Positions 42,801 to 54,800 of a DNA stretch of 64,000 nucleotides are shown here, one piece after another. This DNA comes from Squalus acanthias (Eukaryota). The notes below the pieces were generated by a model. It did no database searches. It was not told the DNA's origin and was given only the letters and a program-made list of their open reading frames with translations. The stretch spans positions 23,128,001 to 23,192,000 of the forward strand of contig CM059432.1 in NCBI GenBank assembly GCA_030390025.1, in the 5' to 3' direction. Each line of letters opens with the position of its first letter. Position 1 is the stretch's first letter. A program made the position numbers and the translations under genes.

Positions 42801-45800
42801 GTGCCTTACACTCTGACCTTTTGTTCTCGTTTCTCAGTTTGACGTTGATCCCTAACAACTTCATCTTTTCTTTCAGGTGGAGTTTGGCAGTTTAAAGGGA
42901 GAATCAGTAAGTATAATGCCCATACACTATCATCATAAAGCTGCCTAAATAAATATATCTTAGACTTTATTTTGGAATATTATTCAAGATGGCTGTGCAT
43001 TACTGGTTAATAACTGTTATGAAACACACCTACAAGGGAATATGAGCAAATCCAGGTAATCTATCAGCATATTAAGAGCATATTCAAGTTTGAAATTAAA
43101 AAAGGTTATTAATTCCATCAAACTCACTTTCAGTCATGGATTCCTCTCCTCTGGATCTTTGTACTTCCTAATCACCAAATCAATCTAACTAATCTACTAA
43201 TAATGCTATTACTCTAAGGGGGAAAAATTCGGTTGCTTTGCGCCTCCCGTTAGCGCCCTAAGAGGGGCGCGGCCCCGCCAACGCCTCCCGCGAAATTCAG
43301 CGGGAGGTTAGCGGCGGCGCTAACCGTTAGCGCCCCGTGGCACTGCACCGCCAGCGATGACGTCATCGCCGTGCACAGTGCCCCGCTCGCGCCCCAGCCG
43401 CGATCTTTTGGTAGTGCCCCCTGACTTACCGCCAGACGCTATGTCCAACGGGGTCAGGGGGGCCTACCTGCGGCTGGGGTGGCACTATTTAAAGGCGACG
43501 TGCCGGGCGGCCATTTTTGTTGCTGGCCGTCTGCCAGCACCTGCCTCCGCTGCCGTCCCCGGCCTCCTTACCTGCCCCCCCGCGGAGTGCTGGCTGCACT
43601 CCATGAGCCCGGCACTTCTCTTGCGTGCCGGGCTCTTTTGCCGGCACTCCCGATCCCCGAGGGCCCAGCTGGTCGCGTTGCGCAAGGCCCCTCCCCTTTA
43701 AGAAGGGGAGGAAGGCCTGCAATACCGCGGCACATAGCGTCGCGATATTCCCTCACAGCGCCCCAAGAGGGAGGCGGGGCGCTACCACTCAATTTCGGTC
43801 GCAGGGACGCTAATTTTTCTGGGGTGCTAAAAGTAGCGCCCCGGTGAAGTTAGCGCCCCAAAGGGGGCGCGACTCAATTTTTCGCCCTAAAGCTTTAAGG
43901 TTCCTTTTTAAAAGAATGAATTTGCTCAAAATTCTTCTACATGTTTGGTCAAACATCCCTGTTCATACAGGTCACGGATGCGGTAACTAATGGCAACTAA
44001 AATAAGAGCATATAAATCACCACAATCCAATAGTCTGCTGCACTGACTGTCAAGGCTCACAAATGAGTAATGGCCACTTGGACAAGGCATCTTACTGCCT
44101 AAAACATCATATCCTATAAGCAGTGAAGTCCATGAAGAAGGAAGGTGTAAGAATACTGGGATCAATAGCCTGACAAGAATATTCATCAAGGGCAGCAGAT
44201 GAATCCTTAACCCCTTCACCTAAGCTCATTTTCAAGGAGCCATCTGTGGTTTATCGCTCAGTCTATTTCTAAGAGCTAATGCCATTTTACAGGTATAAAG
44301 CCGGCATCTAAGGGTTCAATATGACAGGCAGTATACTCATGCTCATTCCGCGCTGGAAGTGCACCACCCACCATATTGGATCGGGCTGCTCAGTAGGAGT
44401 CCATGGCGCATGCCGGAAGTATAAAAAAGCCTCAGTGTAATATAAAAATAAGGGTCCTACATTTGTTTTAGGACCCTTTTGGGGAATTGGTTTGCCCCAG
44501 TGCCTGACTCGCCATGTGATAAGCTCCCACAGAAAATCATGGCATTAACAGTCAGTAAGTACCCTGTAGGAGCACTATTTAAAGGGGTTATCCACTCCAT
44601 GCAGGTTAGTAACTGGTTTGTCCTCATAGGCTACTGGTTAATTTTTTGGCCTTTATTTGGCTGTTTTCTCTGTTCCACAAGTGAATTCTGGCTTCTGCTA
44701 GCAAGTTTTTACTGGAATAAAAACAGAAAATGCTGGAAGTACTCAGCAGGTCAGGCAGCATCTGTGGAGGGAGAAACAGAGTTAACGTTTCAGGTCGATG
44801 GCCTTTCGGCAGAACTTTTTACTGGTCCTGCATTGTTTTGTCTGCTTTGGAAACAGTTTTACATAGAATCACATAGAATTTACAGGACAGAAACAGGCTA
44901 GTCAGTCCAACAGGTCAACACCGGTACTGCACATGAGCCTCCTCCCACCTTACTTCATCTCACCCTATCACCATATCCTTCTATTCCACTCTCCCTCATG
45001 TACTTATCTAGCTTCCCTTTAAATGCATCTATGAGATAAGTCTGCCTTTGGGGCTGGAGGAGGAGGGGAGCAGCCAAGAAGACACGGGAGAGCAGGAGTA
45101 ACTCGGAGTAGAGGGAGTAGGAGGGCACTACACCAGAGGCCATACCCACAGTGGTTATTCATGGAGCACTTCTCATACCTCAACCTCACTGAGGAACAAT
45201 GTGTGAGATGTCTTCGCTTCACCAAGCAGGCTATCGCTGAGCTATGTCACCTGCCATAGCCACAACTAGAGCCTCAAGCCAGGGCATGGACAGCCTGTGG
45301 CTGTTAAAATCATCGTGGCCCTTATGTTTTATACAAGGGGCTTCTTCCAGGCTGCAGCAGCGACATGTCTCAGTTTGCTGTGTATCAGGGAGGTCACCAA
45401 GGCTCTCTATGCCAGGCATCATTTTCCCGATGGATAAGAGTGAAACAGGAGTAGGCTTTGCCTGCATTGCAGGCTTCCTCAGGGTCCAAGGTGCCGTGAC
45501 TGCACCAGCATTGCATGCATCTGAGTCCTCTGCAACAGAGCTAGTATGTGATCTCGCCTTTTGGCGAGCTGGCACCTGTGGAGTCCTATTCCCCTGCCCT
45601 AGCTCCTACAAACTTGTGCCTGGTGATTCACCACATGAAGGCCTCTAAATTATGCATATTGCCAGTATCTGAGCTGGTGCTTGCTGAGGTCAGATCGAGT
45701 GATGTAGCACCTTCAGGAAGGCTGACCTCCTCTTCCTAAAGTGGCACTAGAGCATCAACCTTTTCAGCACCTGAAATGAAAGATAGGGACAAGGGTTAGT

Positions 45801-48800
45801 GTGAAAGGAGAGAGAAGTGCCTGGTGAAAGCAGCTGCATTTTGTCATGCATAGCGTGTAGGGTGAGACAGAAGTAAGAAGAAAAAAAGAGGATACGATGT
45901 AAAGAAGCCCTGCATGATGTCTCCTCCAGCGTTGCGACGTGCGACGGCCACGAGTCACCCTCTGCCCTTGATAGCCAGCACGTCTTCCTCCCGGTGGGGA
46001 AAGGGTGTGCGGGGGGGCTCGGCCTCCTCCAGTCGCTGCCTCCTGCCTCGTGTTGTGCGCGACTTTCTCCTGCAAGATAGAAGGGAGTGCGCTAGTGACA
46101 GCCTTGTGAGCTGTTTTGAGAATGTGCCTGTTATGGTCGAATAATGCAGATGCTGTGTGTGCAAGATGTGAGGTGTAGGGAAGTGAGGGTTGCAACAGAG
46201 GTGAGAGTAGGATGTGCAAAATGTGTGAGTAGCAAGGGAAAGAGGTGGAGTGTTGATAGGGTGAGCTGAAGTAAGATGGGAGGAGGGTTACACTGACATA
46301 GATCTGTTGGCGTGTTTCTGTGCTGTAAATATCAATGTAATTCTGTGTATTTATATGAAGTGTGGTGCAGTGATTGTCAGAGAGGGAAGGGAAGGGACAC
46401 GTTTAAGACAAGTCTAAGGGCAGTTCTCCTACAAAGTGAAGAGAAAAAATTGAAAATATGAATAAAACTACCTGAATAATGCACCATTCTTGTGTATTGT
46501 ATTTACAGCTGCCACTGAATATACAAATACAGTATTTTATTTTGATTTAAATATAATGTGCTTTACCTTTACAGGGTCAACCAGGGCCTCGCGGCCATCC
46601 AGGCTTGCCAGGTCCTCCAGGGCCTGTGGTAAGTGTTTTTTTTTTTAACTTGCAAGGAAGAAATTTGAGCAAACCAGCCAACATGATGACATTATCACAA
46701 AGCATCAATGAAGGCTTGTGATTCCTCTCATCCACAATGTGCGTGTGCCCTTGCTTCATGTTGTGTTGCAGGCGAACAGAATAAAAAGAGCCGCATAATT
46801 ACTGCAGATAACACCGACCTTTAAATCACAACCATGTCTTTCAGAAACTGATGTTATGTTGATGTTATGCTGGATAAGGAAATACCACAAATGTTGAAGG
46901 AGGAAAAGTTAGTTGCATGCATATGCCTGATCTAGGAAACTCTTCCTGGAAAGTAGTATTGAGATGTGGAGGAAGAGAAGAAGAGTTTGTAACGGAGGAG
47001 AAGGTGATGGCTGCCGCAATGGACCAAATTTACATTAGAGGGAGTGTCAAAAGACATGTTTTTTGAAGAATCTCAGTCCAAAAATGTGCGGGTTAGGTTG
47101 ATTTGGCTATGATAAATTGACCCTTAGTGTTAGGGGGGGATGAAATATGTGGGGTTATGGGGATAGGATGGGATATGTTAGGGGGAATTAAATACGTGGG
47201 GTTATGGGGATAGGGTGGGATAGGTGCAGGCTCGATGTGGGGATTCTGTGTGAGAAAGCAGGGACAGGGTACTGGATTTGGATGATCAGCCATGATCGTA
47301 TTGAATGGTGGAGCAGGCTCGATGGGCCGAATGGCCTACTCCTGCTCCTAGTTTCTATGTTTCTATGTTTCTATGTTTCTATGACTATTTTATTTGTTCA
47401 CATGTGGCTTGAGGAAGCCTGCAAGCACAAGCATTTACTGGAAATCCTTCCCGTACCCCTTTTTGGGCCAGGTTTCATACAATATAGGAATCCATACAGC
47501 TCTGAGGAATTCTGTCCTCCTTCTGAGTTTTTTTTTAATTCATTCCTGGGATGTGGACATCGCTGGCAAGGCCAGAATTTATTGCCCATCCCTAGTTGCC
47601 CTTGAGAAGGTGGTGGTTCCAGGATTTTGACCCAGCGACGATGAAGGAACGGCAATATATTTCCAAGTCAGGATGGTGTGTGACTGGGAGGGGAACTTGG
47701 AGGTGATGGTGTTCCCATACGCCTGCTGCCCTTGTCATTCTAGGTGGTAGAGGTCGCAGGTTTGGGAGGTGCTGTCGAAGAAGCCTTGGCAAGTTGCTGC
47801 AGTGCATCTTGTAGATGGTACACACTGCAGCCACGGTATGCCGGTGGTGGAGGGAGTGAATATTTAAGGCAGTGGATGGGCTGCCAATCAAGCGGGCTGC
47901 TTTGTCCTGGATGGTGTCGAGTTTCTTGAGTGTTGTTGGAGCTGCACTCATCCAGGCAAGTGGAGAGTATTCCATCACACTCCTGACTTGTGCCTTGTAG
48001 ATGGTGGAAAGGCTTTGGGGAGTCATGAGGTGAGACACTCGTCATAGAATACCCATCCTCTGACCTGCTCTTGTGGCCACAGTATTTATGTGGCTGGTCC
48101 AGTTAAGTTTCTGGTCTATGGTGACCCCCCAGGATGTTGATGGTGGGGGATTTGGTGATGGTAATGCCGTTGAATATCAAGGGGCGGTGGTTAGACTCTC
48201 GCTTGTTGGAGATAGGCATTGCCTGGCACTTGTGTGACGTGAATGTTACTTGCCACTTATGAGCCCAAGTCTGAATGTCGTCCAGGTCTTGCTGCATGCA
48301 GGCACGGACTGCTTCATTATCTGAGGAGTTGCAAATGGAACTAAACAACGTGCAATCATCAGCGAACATCCCCACTTCTGACCTTATGGTGGAGGGAAGC
48401 TCATTGATGAAGCAGCTGAAGATGGTTGGGCCTAGGACACTGCCCAGAGGAACTCCAGGAGGAGGCCGATATGGATCATCCACTCGGCACTTCTGGCTGA
48501 AGTTGGTTGCAAAAGCTTTAGCCTTGTCTTTTGCACTCACGTGCTAGGCTCCGTCATCATTGAGGATGGGGATATTCATGGAGCCTCCTCCTCTGTTAGT
48601 TGCTTAATTGTCCACCACCATTCACGACTGGATGTGGCAGGACTGCAGAGCTTTGATCTGATCCGTTGATTGCTTAGCTCTGTTTATAGCATACTGCTTT
48701 CACAGTTTAGCATGCATGTAGTCCTGTGTTGCAGCTTCCCCAGGTTAGCACCTCATTTTTAGGTACGCCTGGTGCTGCTCCTGGCATGCTCTTCTACACT

Positions 48801-51800
48801 CCTCATTGAACCAGGGTTGGTCCCCTGGCTTGCTGGTAATGGTAGAGTGAGGGATATGCCAGGCCATGAGGTTATAGATTGTGGTGGAATACAATTCTGC
48901 TGCTGCAGATGGCCCACAGCACCTCATGGATGCCCAGAGGTGAGCTGCTAGATCTGTTCTGAATCTATCCCATTTAGCACAGTGGTAGTCCCACACAACA
49001 CGGTGGAGAGTGTCGTCAGTGTGAAGATGGGATTGCGTCTCCACAAGGACTGTGCAGTGGTCACTCCTACCAATGCTGTCATGGACAAATACATCTGTGA
49101 CAGGTAGATTGGTGAGGACTCCCAGGGCCACTCCCTCCTGACTGAATACCACTGTGCTGCCACCTCTGGTGGGTCAGTCCTGCTGGGGTGACAGAATATA
49201 CCCAGGGGTGGTGATGGAGGTATCTGGGATATTGGCTGAAAGGTTTAATTCTCTTGGTGAGGGACATTGAAGTCCCCTGCCCAGAGTACATTTTGTCCTC
49301 TTGTTACCCTCAGTGCTTCTTCCAAGTGGTATTCAACATGGAGGAGTACTGATTCATCAGCTGAGGGAGGGCAGTAGGTGGTAATCAGCAGGAGATTTCC
49401 TTGCCCATGCTTGACCTGAAGTCATGAAACTTCATGGGGTCCGGAGTCAACGTTGAGGACTCCCAGGGCCACTCCCTCCCGACTGAATACCACTGTGCCG
49501 CCACCTCCGGTGGGTCAGTCCTGCCGGTGGGACAGGACATACCATGGGATGGTGATTGAGGAGTTTGGGACATTGGCTGAAAGGTTTAATTCTGTGAGTA
49601 TGACTATGTCAGGCTGTTGCTTGACTAGTCTGTGGGACAGCTCTCCCAATTTTGGCACAATCCCCATATGTTAGTGAGGAGGACTTTGCAGGGTCGACTG
49701 GGCTGGGTGTGCCATTGCCGTGTCCGAAGTCAGTGCCTAGGTCGATGCCGGGTGGTCCATCCGGTTTTATTCTTATTGTTGTTTCTCGTAGCGGTTTGTT
49801 ACAACTGAGTGGCTTGCTGGGCCATTTCGGAGGGCAGTTAAGAGTCAACCACATTGCTGTGGGTCTGGAGTCACTTATAGGCCAGACCAGGTAAAGATGG
49901 CAGATTTCCTTCCCTGAAAGGCATTAGTGAACCAGATGGGTTAGCACCTAAATACTTGGAGAAAATGCAAATTTTTTTTGGATTAAAATTTCTCCTCCTA
50001 ACATAGGTAAAAATGTGTCCAAATGCAAGGAAGAAAATGCAGTGAAGGCACAAAAAATAGGCCCAATCTCGATGCAGCGAAAGCTTTGGTAATACATTGC
50101 TGTCCCGGGGATGAAGGAGAAGGAGAATCCAATGAGAAATAGCCTGGGGCAACTCGTGTGAACTTCCACAGTAAGCAGCTCGAGGTCAATAAGATAAAAA
50201 ATGATGTGCTTTTTTTCCTCATCTTAGGGTCCTCCTGGTCTGGATGGCATTGCTGGAAAACCTGCATTACAAGGTCAAAGGGTATGTAAACAGTTATATT
50301 TCCATTGGGTTTAGGTCAAAACTCCTTCAATTGGAGGCAGAATATGGAAAGGGGAATTTGACAAGATACATCCATAAGGTGACAATTTAGATCAGATTCA
50401 ATTTTAATATAGACTATAATTTTTTTTTAAATTATCAGTACTACTATTTTCGGTGTCTGAGCAACAAAGCCAGCTAGCCCTGGGAGACAGGAGTAGCTCA
50501 GTCAATAAATGGTATGGAACTGAGCCACACAGACTGCGTAGGTCCAAGGCTCAATGCCTCATCTGTACTGTGCTAGTCGATTTCAAAGAGGGAGCCATTG
50601 CCTTGGTCAATCAAGGTTCTTGCTTCTGATAAATGGCCAATTACTCCTGGTGGAAAATGCAGATGGGAGAACCTTGGGTGAGGACAGGATTAGGCTTGGC
50701 CTTGTGTCTTTATTTCCCCCTTTGTGGTTGAATAGTCTGCCAACAATTCACTGCCTAGCCTCATCCATGAAATGTGGCAACTTGGGTAAGGTGCCAAATG
50801 CCCCACTGGCTTAAGGAGGTGAGAAACCTGGGAGGGGGAAAAAAACAAAGATGGACGTAAGAAAACTACTAGGCACTTGGTCTAAGCATTAAACAAAGCT
50901 TTAATCAACTGTTTTTCAACATGGAGGTCTAGTTGTGTCCTTCACTACTTCCTGTTAAAGAATGTCCTGTGCAAGCTGGGCCCATGCCCAAGTATTTATA
51001 CTCTCCCTGGACAGCGCCACCAGCAGGCCGCCCAGTATTATTTCATAAGTCATTTCCACATGAATGACAAGATTCATGTCAGAATGCAAGTATACATTCA
51101 AAGCAGCTTGAGCTTTGTGGAAAGACAAAGGAGCCAGTGTGAAGATCAAGCATGTGTGCTAGGCCTATCACCTGCTTTGGAGATTAAGTTTAAGGAGGGT
51201 TTATAGAAAGAGTCTTTCAATTTTAGTTATTTTTACTGTGTGAAATAAGAACAAAAAAGGAATATATTCTGCGAAAATCCTACGCTCTAACCACAGTCTG
51301 GCAAATACATCTTCCAACAAAAGTCTTATTATTCCCTGTGACTCAAAAATATTTCAGTAGTAAAGTGCTGGATGTCTTGTACTTCAGAGCCCTATTGTCT
51401 GTCCATTTTCTGCAGACCAGACACTTCCTGCTGCTCAGTAATTTCCATTATTTTTTTTTAGAACATAAGAAATAGGAGCAGGAGTAGGCCAATTGGCCCC
51501 TCGAGCCTGCTCCGCCATTCAATACGATCATGGCTGATCTGATCCTAACCGCCAATCTACTATCACAGAACCATCTCCTGAACCTAACAGAATTGGACAC
51601 ACGAAATAGGAGCAGGATCAGGCTACACGGCCCCTGGGCCCGCTACGCTACCCACCGGGCCATGACCGATCCGGACCTAGACACATGTCCAAATTCCTGC
51701 CCGCTCCCCGTAACCCTTAATTCCCTTTACTTCTAGGAAACTGTCTATTTCTGTTTTAAATTTATGTAATGATGTAGCTTCCACAGCTATTTGGGGCAGC

Positions 51801-54800
51801 ATATTCCATGGACCTACCACCCTCTGAGTGAAGTAGTTCCTTCTTCTAACTATGACATGCACTGTTCAAATTAAACTAAGTTAACACTAATCTCTTTGTA
51901 AAGCGGCAGAGAAAGATTTTACCCTTTGTTTACAAACAAGTAATGATGCGATGTGTTTAATTAGCCTAGTGTTCCCCTACTGAACATTATCGGTTAATCC
52001 CTGCTGGAAAATGTGCCTGTATGGATTGTCAGAAGAGGACATGATCTGTTTGGCCCTGATAATCCCCCCACCCAGTGGAAACCAAGTGAGAGTCAGTTAA
52101 AATGAAGCAGGGGATGCATCCGCTAGCCTTCCACCCCAATTTGGCCGACTGCAAATATTAAATTGCAGGCGGCAAGGAAACCTGCCCGAAGCCAGTGGGG
52201 TCCTTCTTTAAATATGCAAATTGGGCTCTGATGACATTATCAGGGCCTGACTGCAATATTAATCTAATACCTGAGTGAGGGAGCAGTTGTGTCTTCTCCA
52301 TCAAGCCAAACCTGCTGGGTGCTGGATCATGAGCTAGAAGAGGTCCAGCAAGATAAAAATGTCTTTCATTTTTTTTTAAAGCTTCCTAGTGGACCAGGAG
52401 GAGCAGGAGTGCTCCTTCACACCCCACAAAGATACCTTGGGGCTCCCCAGCCCCTGGCTCTCCCTCACCAGCCAACTCCTCCCCTGATCAACCTACCTTA
52501 GTGCCAGTATCCTCCCCCAGCGCGACCTCCTGCTGCCCAATAATCTCTATCCTGCCTACCAGCCAGGTAGCGGATTAGCCCAGGTTTGGTCAGGAGGTTA
52601 AAAGGCTCCATGTGAATGAGGCTTCGACAGTTAAGATCAGCCAGGCCTCACTTTGTTCCCAACTTCCGGGCGTGCCACTTGCTTCAGTTCCCCCACACAC
52701 CGATCCTGCATTTGCTGTCTACACTTGGCCAAGGTGCCATGGAATCCTACTTCTGTACCTCAACTGAAGCCAGCACCTTTGAATGAGAAGGGGAAAAGAC
52801 TGGCAAAGAAAAGTTTTAAAAATGAGCAGCATAAAATTTCACTCTAATTTCCAGACGAATAAAATAGAAATGCATAGAATTACACAGAATGTACAGCATA
52901 GAAACAGGCTATTCAAAACCAACTGGTCCAAGCCAGTGTGTAGGCTCCACATGAGTCTCCTTCAACAGTGGAAATACATTGAAACAGTAAGCAACAGCTG
53001 GTTTTCATGATATTGATTTAAATCTTTGAGAAAGTTACTTTAATGTTGAGTCCATGTTCATAAAATAAGATTTTAAGTAAATTATGTTTCGTCAATATGC
53101 TGTCAAAGCCAATGCTATAATTAGATATTAATAAAATCCAAATTAAAATCCTGTAATCATGACTGACATCTCCATGACAACGTGATATCACATCCTTTGT
53201 TTTTGCCATTGATTGTGACATAAAAGATTCTTCCAAGTTGCTCCACAACAGTTAGTCATTCCATGTTGCTAAGCAACCAGTTGCCATTTCACAGTTGGTC
53301 ATACAACCACGGGTTGAAGAGACACAAGCCATGATTTTGGTGGTGGGCAGTTGTCAAGTGGCAGGTCTAGAAATATTATTAATTTATTGATTTGGTCTTG
53401 AGCCTTCAGGATTACTTGAATTTCCCTCAATGCTCCTTCTGAATCAGGTCCCCGCTCAGCCCCTTAAATTATGCCCGCTGTCGCCTCCCCCATTCCCCTA
53501 TCTGTCCAGCCCTCCCTTCCTTTTAAGGCATTGCAGAAACATGCTCAGTGGCTGGCCCACCAAATTTCCCGCCCTCCAGAAATGGTGAGCTGCTACTCAT
53601 CGCTTGACTTGCACAGGCAGCTCACCAGCTATATTTAAATGAGGCCCGACAATCAAAATGGTTCAGCCCTGTCGCTGACAATATCAACAGGCTGTTGCGA
53701 TCCCTCTATCCACCTTTCGTACGCCAAAGACTCCTTTAACTTCTGCTGTACCTGGCCATTTCCTGCCCGAGAATAGTGGGCGGGTTTACCACCGAGCAGG
53801 CACCTCTTTGGAAACAATGTTAATGACATTGGTGGTCCTAAAAAGTCATAGGACTCCAATTTTCATGGAATAATGATGCTTCCGCCTGTTTCTGGCTGGA
53901 CTAAATCAAGAATTCCTTGAAAATCATATTGGGTGAAAACCATGAGCAAGGCCATGAGAGATGCATTTAAGGGGAAGCTAGATAAACTCATGAGGGAGAA
54001 AGGAATATAGGGTTATGCTGATAGGGTTAGATGAAGAATGATGGGAGGAGACTCATGTGGAGCATAAACACCGGCATAGACCAGTTGGGTCAAATGGCCT
54101 GTTTTTGTGCTGCGCTTTCTATGTAATTCTATGTAAGATTCACTTGTATATCATAAAAATATTACACATTTCTTTCTTTCACTGATATCGCAGCCACGTA
54201 ATAGAACCCCATTATGCCTCACTAAAAGCAGTTGCCTCATCCCCAGCATTCACTGTTTTGTCTGATATGTTCTAACACTAATCCTGCTGTTTCTGCTGTT
54301 CTTTAGGGAAGGAAGGGGGACCGGGGACTGCCTGGAGCGCAGGGAATCACTGGGCCTCTGGTGAGTGATAAACTACTGAGAGCTTTTCCCATGAATGAGT
54401 AAAGCTTAGATTCTGGTTTATTCTAATTTTAGAATGTGGTACTGCTATTACAGAGACAGAGTCAGGTTTGTTGATTTTTTAAAGAGGCTGAATATTTTTT
54501 GATTTACAACAAGATTTTATGACGCAGAATTTATCCATTAAACTTAACTTAAATCTGTGGAACTGCTGACCTTGGTGTCAGTGGTAGAACTTGGGCCTTT
54601 GAATCAGAAAATCATGGGTCTAAGCTCTATGCTAGGATTTGAGCATATAATCTGACCTGAGGTATCAGTGCAGTACTGAGGGAGTACTATATTGTCAGAG
54701 GTGTCATCTTTCAGTTGAGACATTAAACTGAGCCCTCATCAGGTGGGCATAAAAGATCACATGGTACTGTTTGAAGAAGAGTAGGTTCTCCTGGAGTCCT

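Noticed and set aside
41491..43847. CpG-island-like GC-rich blocks with several ORFs, suggesting a promoter or gene
   Set aside because: Both blocks are bounded by TIRs and are copies of one MITE.
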